Below are positions 1 through 16,402 of a DNA stretch of 64,000 nt, one piece after another. The translations under genes were made by a program, and so were the position numbers. Within the stretch, counting starts at the first letter, position 1, and the number at the start of each line of letters is the position of its first letter. The notes under the pieces are model-generated. The model made no database searches and was not told the origin of the DNA. It saw only the letters and a program-made list of their open reading frames with translations. Origin of the DNA: Spizellomyces punctatus DAOM BR117 (taxonomy: Eukaryota); NCBI GenBank assembly GCA_000182565.2, contig KQ257464.1; one strand, written 5' to 3'.

Positions 1-2468
1 AAAGCTGGGGATGAGGTACTGTGTCTTCAGTTGAGCCTCACCGTGGATTTAGCTGACGCTCTGCCTCTAGGCCAAGGAGGAGGTGAAGGACGAGGAGCAA
101 GGTTTTGCTGAGCTTACTGAGCTCATCCAAGACACGGACTTCATCGCTTCCTTCAAAGGCTTAATTGATTCTCTCAAAAACGGTGCGGTCCCTGCTGAGG
201 AATCATCTGTAGCGGTGACGGACGGTAACGAAGACGGGGATGTGAAGAATAATGATGACACCGAACCTACAACAGCAACAAAAAGCACGCCAACGGGTTC
301 GCTGACATGCAACATCAGTGATAAATCTGTTCGACGACAAGTGCACATGATCATCAAGCGGCATTTCGGAGATTTGATAGAAACCCAAGGGGGCGAAAGT
401 AGTATTGTATTTGTGCCGCAAGGAAAGGACTCTGGAAAACGGTCGGACCGTCGTCAGGGCAAAGGTACGGTTCTGGTTTGGTTGGAGTACCTGAATAAGT
501 AGTAAATTGTTTCCAAAAGGTCAGAAGAAGGGCTGGAACAAGCGCGGGCCTACGAAACGAGATTGGGAGGCGCGCGGTGGACAGTATTGTGAGTTTACGC
601 TTTACAAAGAGAATAAGGACACGATTAATGCCATCAACATGATCGCAAAAACGTTAAGGTAAGGTCCGTTATGTGGACTCTGCTGGATGCATTTCTTTAA
701 TACTCTACTTCCAGGGTGAACTCAAAAACATTCTCATACGCGGGAACGAAGGATAAGCGTGCAGTTACAACACAGAAGATTACCGCTTGTCGGGTGAATG
801 CCGAACGACTGAGTCATTTGAATAGATGCCTGAGGGGAATGGCATTAGGTGATTTCAGGTCCGTTCTTCCAGGTTCCACGAAAGCCATAAACCTGGATAG
901 TGGGCTTACATCATAGATTTAGATACCGACCGGATCAAATCGTGTTGGGTGATTTGAGCGGAAATCACTTCAAAATTGTGCTCAGGTATATCTGAAAGTT
1001 TGATTGCACGTTGTTTGACCCGCGAGAAGCTCATAATGAACATCATCAGAGAAGTTCAGATGGAATCACAGTTGATGTTAGAGAAGGCCATGGAATCCCT
1101 CCGTTGTAATGGCTTTATCAACTACTTTGGTATGCAACGATTCGGTACCCGCTCCACACCCACATACGCGGTAGGTATCTCCTGTCTCAAAGGTGATTTC
1201 GAGAAAGCAGTGAATGAAGTCATGGACATCAAAGAAGGGGGTGCGTGTTCGCCCGATCATTTTTTCGTAACGACATGTAGCTGAGCACCGCCTATCCATT
1301 TGTGCAGAGCGAGAAGAGTTTGTAAAAGCACGGCAACATTGGAAGGAGCATCGGGATCCTGAGGCGGCGCTGGAACTATTCCCGAAGGCTTGTCTAGCGG
1401 AACGCTCCATTATCGGCTTCTTCAAGAACACTGGTAGATTAAATGACTATCTCAACGCGTTGGAAGCTGTGAGTAGCGTTCGCCAATTGTGACGCAAGTT
1501 CATCTGCTTATAATGATCTTCAGATCCCGCGAAATCTGAGAACTCTTTATCTACATGCGTATCAAAGCTTGGTATGGAACAACATGGCATCTGAAAGGCT
1601 ACGCATGTACGGTGCAAAACCGGTTCTTGGCGACATTGTTGAGCTATCGGGACAAGATGATAGCGAAGAGTTGGACGACTCGACAGCGGATGGACTCGGT
1701 AATGAGGATGCAGTCGCCGCATTGTCAGAATTGGAAGCAAAGAGCAAGAAACGTGATGTCCAAGTGGCTATACTCGAAACGGACGAAGATCTCACAAAGT
1801 ACACCATGGATGACGTAGTGCTGCCACTCCCTGGACACTCGGTGACATATCCAGCTAACGAGATCAAGGACAAATATGTAAACTTTATGGCACAACATGG
1901 ACTTGATCCCCATAATATGGTCAGAAAACAGAAGTAAGTTCTACGACGCCCCTGAGAAGTGCCACTCGTTGCACCTTCTGAATGACATGAGACTGATTGT
2001 CGCACGTAGGACATTCAGTTTACCAGGATCTTATCGAAAGATCCTCGCGAAGCCGAAGCACTTTGACTGGTATGGCCCACGCAGTAATCCATACTCCTTT
2101 GCTACTTCATTTCTCTTGACTGTCACTCGCCAATATGTAGGAAATTGCTCCGATATGATGATCCGGAGATGGACTTGCAGTTGACCGATATGGACCGTGT
2201 AGCCGGAAAGCCAGAACCAGAATCTAAGGATGGTAAGGCCACTGACACACTATCTTATGTGGATCTTGTGTTGTAAAATCTGGTTTCATCCACAGATGGG
2301 AAGCGAGTGGCGGTCGTGCTTGATTTTACGCTCGCATCTTCACAGTACGCGACCATGGCTCTCCGGGAATGTATGAAAGTTGATACCACCTCAGCACATC
2401 ATGAGCAGCTGGCGCAGTATTACGGATCGCAGAGAACGCAGACGAAGGAGACGGTCGAGAGCGTTTAA
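1..2468 (+). CDS. PUS7: TruD-family tRNA/mRNA pseudouridine synthase, 5'-truncated by the window edge, multi-exon
   Basis: Spliced exons give LYKENKDT, FSYAGTKDKRAVTTQ (catalytic Asp motif), LGDLSGNHF, GFINYFGMQRFG, YLHAYQSLVWN, SLPGSYRK and FTLASSQYATMALRE. Stop TAA at 2466-2468. Confidence 0.95.
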
Positions 2469-2652
2469 TGCCATTGAACAGCGCTAATTGCATTTATCAC
2501 GTGAATCTCTGTTGACATTGCTATTTATTTGAATATAAGGATAAAGATAATCAGCAATGCCGACTTCGAGCATGGCTATACCGGATGGTAGTGTCGCTCA
2601 ACAGTCATGACGTCGTCTGCCTACTGCCTGCCGTGCCGCAATTTACTACACC

Positions 2653-3082
2653 TCAGAACTGGCCCGTGCACTTTTCTGCCAATGCTCTAATTTGTCTATT
2701 CCAATTCTCCTTAGCTTCCGATGACTTTCGTCGCCAGTCTGGTACACTTATCGCCTTTCCAAAGAAGGAAACATTTGAGTCGGGGTTACGTTGGTAGACG
2801 AGTGCGTAAGGAGATGGAGCGCGGGGAGACAAGGAGGACGGGACAAAAAGTGACTAATTACATGCGAACTGTTTAGCAATTACGGACAACTCAAAATACG
2901 AGAGCACGGGCTCTTCGCACCTGGTCTTGAATTTCTACCGGCAGGTTCTCCTCGACTGTCCGCTGCATTTGTCGAAATGAAGTCCGTGCATATCGGGTAT
3001 CTTCCTCAATACGAGAACTGATGAGGTGGTATAAGGTAGCGCAAGCCAGAAGGCCGGACGTCAACGGCAGAAAGAAAGGCAT
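2653..3082 (-). CDS. MIC12: Small mitochondrial membrane protein, MICOS subunit Mic12/Aim5-like (2 exons)
   Basis: ATG at 3082. N-terminal hydrophobic helix MPFFLPLTSGLLACATLYHLI. Intron donor at 2920. Exon 2 ends ...EAKENWNRQIRALAEKCTGQF*, resembling the Mic12 'K-x-x-WN-x-x-I' motif. Confidence 0.6.
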
Positions 3083-3227
3083 TGAAACGCAGGATGGAAA
3101 GTGCAAAACCAGGAGAGAAACAGCATGCAACCTGCTCATGCCGGCCTACAGAACACCATGGCAACAGCAACGTCACGTGGTTGAACCTCGTAATCTCAAC
3201 TTCTCTCCGCGATTTTGTGAAGGATGA

Positions 3228-4141
3228 ATGGCACATACACAAGTATCTCGTAGAACTCAAGTAAAAAAACCTCACAGTCCATGTGCTTTCTCTACTAGGC
3301 CTTCAGTTCCAGGTTCTGCCGAAACTCAATCGTTGCTGAATAATCCGGTATGGCGCGATCGCTTCAAGCTTCAGTGCATCGCCCGAATAAAAGAATCTCG
3401 GGACGCTGAAGTTCGGAGGAGGAGGTTTGCTGGACATAGCGGTCCTTCGGAGAGGAGAGGAGAACCCCAATGGAGGGGTGAAGAGATTGCTCCTGTGGGA
3501 CAAGTGGTGAGGCCTGCATTGCCCTTGTTTAAGACAAGCTACATGTGCTCAGACATTTCTTCCCAAGTCGACCCGTTCCTTCGCCGAAGGCCATTGTCTG
3601 GAATATCATATGGAAGCAAGTATAGAGAGTAGAATTCCATTTGAGCATGAGGAGGGCACAATACGCGAACTGTCAACACCAGCAACCGACGAACCATCCT
3701 CCTCTTTATGGAACGATGAACTGGTAGCCGCATATAACAGCTCATTGGTGCATGGGATCAACCCCGATGAAATGATGACGGAATCTGAATTGCCAACCGG
3801 GGTGGCCTATGTCACGAGTCAGGCGCAGTGCATTGTGTGTCAGCGAGCTTCGTTGATTTTGGAATCCAATGCGATAACATGTCCTTCGTGTGGTCTGCGG
3901 ATAGACTGTCGCCCAGACACCGCTTCGATTGATAATTTCATTGCTCACGTTAGACAGCTATGCATCAATCATGAGTAAGAGGGCCGCACCGCTATCGTCT
4001 ATAATAGTCTTGCTTGCTCACCAAGTAACGTATATATTATCCAGGCAGACATGCGCTGGTCATCCACTATTCACCTATGATACTGAAACCGGACTTCTCA
4101 TTCTTTGTAGTATTTGTGATGCATATGAAACTGTCGGTTGA
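3228..4141 (+). CDS. RPAIN: RPA-interacting protein (RIP/RPAIN), 3 exons
   Basis: N-terminal WRDRFKLQCIARIKESRD matches the RPAIN importin-binding motif. C-terminal Zn finger CIVC...CPSC...HEQTC...LCSICD. Confidence 0.85.
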
Positions 4142-4664
4142 TGGAAGTGATTGATTAGAATTTATGTATATAGTGCATGAGTAAAATAGATAGCCCGTAG
4201 ATGCTGGCACACATTAAATATAGGAGATGCAGGAATGCCGCAGACGTTACATTCAGTCAGGCTGATATGGTGGGAGCATCGTTCTCTTGTTCATCAAAAA
4301 ACGTTGGAATAATCTGATCGCGAATGACGTAATCGTCAGCGTAAGCCCTTCTGACGATATCAGATGCAGCACCAATCATGAAAACGATACTGCCAACACC
4401 CAGCTAACGACACACCGATTCACAAAGGGTCTTGATCTAGTACGTTGTGATTCCGTAAACGGAGGAGAAAGGAAATGTGAGTTCATTAGCCGTCGGCAAC
4501 AATTTAGAACCTCTTTGATGGAAATGGCTACTGAGCAGATTCCATCGATTCTGCTGGTGTTTCTTACGTAGCCACATGGCTCATATCCTGCCCTCCACAT
4601 TGTCCTTGTTCTGAATGAGCATCGATTATCTTTGAACTCTCTGCAGTTCTAGGTATAACCTTTC

Positions 4665-5578
4665 ATGTCTTCCTGCCCGACTTTCACCGATGGACCTGTC
4701 CTCTCACTTTCCGATATTTGGCGGTCGTGTGGGGTCTTACATCCAGTTGTTGTGGGAACTTTTGGATTCTTTGTATGTGGCTCTTTGTTCTTGTATGCAT
4801 CATCATGTGGATGCCTCTGATTGCGTCAAACACACACCTACACACACAGTTCCTTTGGGGGACATTCAGACTGTCTGGACCCCGAACGCTCGCGAAAGTG
4901 ACAGTCACAGATTTCCTTGCGTCGATCACAATCGGGTCGACATTGAGTCGCATGTTGACTCAACCGGATGTTAATTTAGTTAGAGTGAGTGCCGTTGTGA
5001 GATACATGTGCTACACCCAATTTGTGTCCCTTACGACGATGAAGGGCACCATTTCTCTCACAGTCATCCTCGTGCTGGAATTCTCCTTTACGTTTCTGGC
5101 TGTTCGGCTACCTCAATTTACGCGTATTCTACGCAATCCTGTGCGTCTCCTGGTCTACAATGGATCGTTCATAATGCCTTCGATTCACGCCAATCGGTTA
5201 TCTCCTGATGACATCTATGGCGCCCTTCGTCAGAAGGGTTATGCAACCGTTTCACATATTGAGGCAGTGTTTCTCGAACCCAGCGGAGAATTTAGTATTA
5301 TCTCGATGCAAAGTCTGCGGCAGGGAGGCAGATATGAAGCCTTGATGGCTGTTCCCGAGTACCGAAGGGTGAGGGAGGCTGATAGTGATAGGGATCAGCT
5401 AAATACTGAAACAGACAAGAGTGAGGAGCTTGCTGGGCCCGACGTTGAATCAGCGCAGACCTACCGAAACTTATCGGAGCCTATTGATACCTATTTCAGT
5501 TGGAAAAGTTCGCAGAGGAACAAAAAGAATCATGTGGGTAGTAGACGCGAGGATCTCCAAAGGGTAGGAGCTGAGTAG
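4665..5578 (+). CDS. DUF421/YetF-family membrane protein (3 exons; introns 4773-4849 and 4985-5044)
   Basis: Spliced product ...VVVGTFGFF|FLWGTFRLSGPRTLAKVTVTDFLASITIGS...PVRLLVYNG...RLSPDDIYGALRQKG...AVFLEPSGEFSII follows the DUF421 pattern (R-x-SGKRTL..D..GS; LE-x-x-G-x-x-S). Confidence 0.85.
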
Positions 5579-6087
5579 AGTGGAATGGGAGTTTTGTGTA
5601 TATGTAACATGAGGCGTCAGCAGAAAGACTTGCCTTTCGCTCATGCTATTAACTCATCAATCTGTTCATAAAATCCGTCGTTGGAATTACGCTTTAAGTA
5701 CAGATCGGAGTAGCCGCGTGCAGTAAGCTCGAGCGCTACTCCGCACCTTAACGAACGTTCATGAATACAGACACACCTTCAACACAAATCGCCAGTTAAT
5801 TTAAGCTGATCGACAGATCAACCTTGACAGGGTAACATAGGGGAGACCACAGCCCATGGATAAATGGCCTTCTCTCTCATTCCACACTAGCGACCAAGAG
5901 GCGATGACATCTACCACTGCACTCAGAGGAAAGCAGCGGTAGCAAGGACCTGGAGATCTTTGTGTAAGATGCAGCCAGGACGGAAACGTTAAGGTTTCGC
6001 TAGGTGTTGATCAGTAATCGGGCAAATGTAATATAATACACTCATAATTCATCAATCTATTGCAGAAAACGAGTACAAACACGGTCT

Positions 6088-7046
6088 TCATGAAAACTAC
6101 AATGGAATCATTAGCCAGGGTATGCGCAATCGTCACAACTTTGGTTATTAGTTGAGGCTTTACCTGTTGCAGATACTGGAGAAATTTGATATTGATTTGA
6201 AGGTTAGTATGACCTGCATTAAGAGGTAAACCCAGCCTCTCCAGCCCGAAATGCTTACCGATTCCGCTACGATACGAGCTCGTGCATTCAAGCTCAGCTT
6301 CATTTCACTAATCTCCTTATCAACTTCCTCCATGAACTGGATAATAAAATCTACTAGCTTGTGCTTATACATCGTTTCTGTATGGTGGTTTGTCACCAAA
6401 AAGCTAATATCATACCCCTATTCATTGCGTGTATTGAGATCCTGCACTATTCACTAGGTCCCATCATATGAGAACGTACCTCCACAGGTTTCCTCCTCAA
6501 GATAAAGAAGCTCTCCGCCCGCAGCATCAAAAACCGGGTAAACTTGTGGCACAATATTCGCTCAATTTCATCGGCTTGTTTGACCTTGATGCTAATTCGG
6601 AGGGAATTGATCGATCCTTCGATGAGAACTTTTTCGTTTTCGTTACGGCTAATGACGACCGGGGTTAAGAGAACTTCTGAGGATACTCTACAGATGGTGA
6701 CAGACGACGGTTGGCGCTACATGCAAGAAACAACGGACCTTGGCGGCCTGTGAAAGAACTGGCAGTTTAAACAGGCACTCACCTTGCTTCGACCTCAGGC
6801 TTATTGTGCCTCTCGACTACTTGTGATGAGAAGTTCTCCAGACACATTGCTGCGGTCACTGTTGACCGTACTGCCGAAAGGTACGGGCGAAGAGTGTTTG
6901 ACTAGATTATAAAGACAACTGTGCGTCAGTCCTGTCACAAAGTGCAATCGCCCGGGAAACGTCCTGTTATTAAAAACTACATTGCGCTTGCTCTTCACCA
7001 ACAACCGCAAGCGCGTCCGTGTAGATAGCATAATGATACTCACCAT
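6088..7046 (-). CDS. ARPC4: Arp2/3 complex subunit 4 (p20/Arc19)
   Basis: First coding exon is ATG only (7044-7046), then [74 protein letters not shown]. Last exon FS*. Confidence 0.97.
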
Positions 7047-7461
7047 TGTCACTAGGGTAAATGTGCGGTGTTGCTCGATTGGAAACGGAAGACGCCAAGT
7101 GCAATCTCGAGAGTTACGCGGTTCCGAAGCACATTACGCCCAAACTCTAGGAGTCACGTGATTACCTTTGCCTTTGGGCCTTCCTAGTAGATTCAGTTCA
7201 ATTCACGCTCCCAAGCAAGGGGTGCGAAAGAACGGCGTACTGATAGTAAGAGGTCTTGCTATCTACTGCTGCTGCAAGGAAATGTATCAAGAAAAGGTCT
7301 GCCACCATGTACAGTAACAGGGAGTGTCGGGAACTACAGAAAACGTATCTAAAAATGAAAGATCCGCCCCTCGAAGTCTTCCCTTAGCCTATCGCCAGAA
7401 AATAGAAGAACAATGTGCAAAATCCAATAGAGCTGCTTCTCAGGCCCATTTGGTGCCGTTG

Positions 7462-8591
7462 TCACTGACGCTGCTGCTCAGCGTCCTTTATCTCTCCTTC
7501 ACGCTTTGTTGCATTTTGAACCTCATAACCGGACATCCCAGCGTCTCCAGCTTCCTCAGCTGAAGGTGAAGGTCCAATTCTCTCCTCATGCTTTTGAAGT
7601 TCTGCAGAAAGCCGAAATATAGTCGCTTGCATATCCTCATTTTCCCTATCCAAATTTACGGCAATTCGATCCGCCTCTACCAGAACGCCCAACGTTAGAT
7701 ATGTGAAGAGTGCGTGATCTCGAAATGTCATTTTACCTTCAAGTTTTCGCTCTAACTTTGCCACCATTGCCTTTTGAATTCCCAATGCAGTTTGGAGCTG
7801 CTCTACACGTCCTTGACACAGCTGCTTACCAAGTTCTTCGTTCTCTGTTTGGAGTGCCTTCAATTTCGCCACTAGCTTTTTCCCAGTGATGCTTCCGAAA
7901 CAATCACGTCTTTGCAAGATGATAACAAAATGGGCTTTGCTCGAATCTCAAATTTACCTATAGGGTGTGAATCCTGTTCCAAGAACTTCCCGTTGAAGAT
8001 TTTCAATTTTCTTGTTTTTCTCCTCCAACTCCTTTCTCATGGCTTTATACACAAGCACCCACGTCGGATCTAATAGTTTCCGCCTCATAGCCTGGATCTC
8101 GGGTATCGATTGCTTCGTCAGCTCGTCAACCTCACCCTACGCAGGCAAGTACTGCTATAATATACTCGAAAGATGGCGTACGATGATCAACAGACGCTTA
8201 CCGACAAATTGGTTAGATCCTGTTGCTTCTTATTCAATGCGAGCAGCAATGCACTCTCTGCCTCATCTTTCTTCGTTATCTCTTCCTGATACTTTGCCAG
8301 CATTTGTCGCAGAAGCTTGTTTTCCGTTTGAAGCTCTTCCAGCGAAGGATTCGGTGCGCGTGAGAACGTGCAAGGATCAGAGGTCTGCTTTTCATTGACG
8401 TTTACGTTGCTACTCGACGCTGCTGTCTCCCACACGGGTGTCAGCGGGACCGGACATTGCTTAAGCAAACAGAGGTAAATCTTTTTTATCAGACACGATT
8501 AGGAAGAACTACATGCCTTTTTGAGCTGCGGTTCAGTGAAGGTATATGGAGGCTCGGGTGGCCCACGCTTCAGGGGAACGCTGACTGCCAT
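7462..8591 (-). CDS. WTAP: m6A writer-complex subunit, WTAP/Mum2/FIP37 family
   Basis: RRKLLDPT..., GFTPYSITGKKLVAKLKALQTENEELGKQLCQGRVEQL and LDRENEDMQATI match the WTAP coiled-coil core. The start at 8591 is inferred via a GC-AG intron. Confidence 0.88.
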
Positions 8592-8987
8592 ATTGTTATC
8601 TCTTGTCAAAAACCACAAAAATGCAGAAAAGGTTGCATTTCTGACGTACTGTTCTGCCCGCTAATGCTCATACTCTACGAACGGCGTTCCTTAGAGTAGC
8701 GGAAACGTTGGTCTTACTGACAGCTTTGAACGATTTGCTGGACGTAATCATTGATCTGGCACACGTAATCAGCGGATGGCGCAGCGGTCACAGGAACTTC
8801 TCGCACTGAATGACATGCTCTACATTTCGGATATTTTCATACAGATTTGATATGGGATTCTCTCAAACGGATTGGGGTGGATTGAGACGTTGGACACACA
8901 ACCTATCGGATATCAGCATACACCGCCCATGAATTATTGTATTGTATACCAAAAATTATTTATATCGAAAAACCGTTTCTGTAGCTG

Positions 8988-13766
<4,779 letters not shown>

Positions 13767-14327
13767 GCACTACCCTTTCCCAAACTATATCTATACCAAA
13801 TCCTGCTAATCTTCACCCTTGTCCGCTCTCTCTGGGGGTGGGCTTGGTTTGCTTTGAATTGCCAGAATATGGAAGAGTTCCTGTCAACGACAAGGTCAGA
13901 ATGTCTAGTTTTTAATTAAAACAAAAATGGATAAATGAAGAGAACGCGTACGGACAAAGTATGTGATAAGCGGCTGTCATCAGTAGCCTCGATCGTAGAG
14001 CTTGGCAGTCTAAACAATTGCCAGCCAAGCCATTCATGATTTCGGAGGAACGGCTTATGCTCACGGATCCTGAGCTGCTGCCGGACGCACGCAGTGTTCC
14101 TATTCACAGTAAGCCTAAAGGTAGGTGGCCTGGCACATATCTGTCGTACTTTTCGAGAGTGCAAAAGGGGAGGTAATAACAGCATCGAACAAGAACCACG
14201 ACCGACTTCTGCCCGCAGTGAAGCTGGTAGTACAAGAAGAGCGGACATAGGCAGGGACTTGCAGAGGAACGTAACTGTCGAGGCTTCGCAGACTGATAAG
14301 AAGGCTGGCCAGTGCGCGTTCAGGAAC

Positions 14328-16291
14328 ATGGCTGGCTCGGATATTGTTATACACGTTTATGATGAAAACAGAAATGGTATTGCTCCAATACAGTTGATAC
14401 ATTTTTTCGAATCTGTGAAAGCACCCTTTTAAAAGCTCATGCAATGACTAGCTAAAAGGGACTTTTTCTGCAAACGATCCCTGCTGATCGGGCAGATGAG
14501 CTACTTCTCCAGTTATCTGTATGACCGCACGGCGGAGGAGAATGTGGAAATCGATGTGCACTGCGATGTGGAAGTGTTTGAATGGCTCATGGCCTACATA
14601 ACGCGACGAAAGCCGGCATTTGGTGATTAAAGCTCGGTTGGTGAGATTGCCACCTTCTTCCCGCGTTAATCTTTATTAAACGTAAGATAGAGGCGCGGAC
14701 GGCAATCAGTATCCTTATTAGTTCAAACTTCCTACAGATGTCAGCATTGGAGGACCAGTGCCTGAAATATGTTCATGATCACATAAACGAGATACTAAAA
14801 GGTACCTCAATTAGTTTTTGCGTCAAAGTTTGCGGCTCTCATTTCTTTTTCTAGTTCCCATTGACATGGGCTGCTTGAGCAATATCCTCCTGCGCAAGTA
14901 AGCTAAATCATGTCAGTTCTTCCACCGGATTGTATTAAATCAGTATCGCGTAGGCTTGCAAGTTTATTCAGCGTCGATGAGCTGTCAACGATCACTGACC
15001 CGCGCGATAAAATCTTGAGGTACAAGCGATGCAAATTATGGAGCAGACGGCCGAGAGGTATATTTAACATCATCCTCCAACAGTCAATTGTACTTTACAA
15101 AGCTCAGCGAGATGTTGTCATCGGCAACTGGCAATGTTATTCGACGCTGCATACAGTGTGGGAAACCCTACGCACGCAAACAAGAAGCGAACCTCCGCTG
15201 CAGGCGAGCAAGTCTCACATTGGACACGCACGGTCGTTTGCACTCTCTACATGAGAGGTTAGCTATTCGTGAAGCGCAACAAAATTCTGATTGAGAACGC
15301 TGATAGAATTGTGAAATGGCGCAGAGATCCCCAATTTGACATCAATGAATACATCGCAGGACTCCATGCAGGTGGCCTATCATGGAAGGAAGTGTATTGG
15401 AGGTGAGTAGCATGTTGACGAACTCGGTCTTTAGACTGTGGCGTGACCGCTCATCACATTGTTCATCCAGAATTTGGGGAACCCTCAATCATCAGCATTG
15501 CACAACCTGCGATGAAATATTTGCTTGCGTAGACTATACTACATGTGCGAGACACACAAGCATAGTTAGCTTTCCACCAGGCGAAGCACTGAAAGGATAT
15601 TATCCATGTTGTGGAGCGCAGGAGTTGAAATTCAACCCATTTCAGCTACCCAAGGTAGCCTAGCCGGATGGAGACCACCTTTGGTTCACTCTCATATCTC
15701 GTTCGCTATTGTTCAGGGATGTCGTCAGTTCACCCACACCCCGAGTTCAATGAGCCATGAGATAAACGGAATATTCCGTTCTCACATGGCGTATATCATT
15801 CGCCCCCCAGGCCCAACGGCTGAGAACGATCCGCCATCGCAATGCGTAGCCGCTGCTGTCGAAAATGATTCAATAGCTGGAAGTGAAAAGAGGGTTTCCT
15901 CCATGGTCAATACCTTTGTAGATGTTTTCAGTGTGTGGAAGCCACCAGTAGGTTCCTTAGCATAACTTTGTTGTGAGTGACAGGTGAATTTATCAATTAC
16001 AGGTGCAGGTGTGGGACTTTAAACGCTTCAACTCGAAGGAACAACTCCTTACCGCGAATCCAAACGCTTCCAACTTATCTTCTTCCGGTACTGTACATGG
16101 CTCGGATTCGCGGATTTTTGCGGTTCCTCTTGTAAATAGGAAATCACAGCACGCGCAAAGGACAGAAGGTAGGGATCTTGGGGTGTAAACGTCACGGTGC
16201 GAGACGCTGAGAACTTGTCTCTGTAGACACAGCCAGGCTGTATGCGATGATCAAACAAGGAAGATTGACCTGTAGGAAGAATCTTGGATGA
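14328..16291 (+). CDS. KIAA1841/SANBR-like BTB protein (DUF3342)
   Basis: IVIHVYDENRN-AKRDFFCKRSLLIGQMSYF, EIDVHCDVEVFEWLM, ISILISSNFLQM, YWRIWG, YPCCG and C-terminal AQRTED all resemble KIAA1841. The ends are approximate. Confidence 0.8.
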
Positions 16292-16402
16292 TACCCAGTG
16301 TAAAATAGTATAAATATGAATAGAATATATTCAAATGATCATCCAAAGAATGAAAAAATCTACAAAGACACAATCCAAGGGACTATGCAGACCAAAACGA
16401 AA

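Noticed and set aside
5990-6020. Hammerhead-like CTGATCA...CGAAAC on the minus strand
   Set aside because: The core should be CUGANGA, and stem II is missing.
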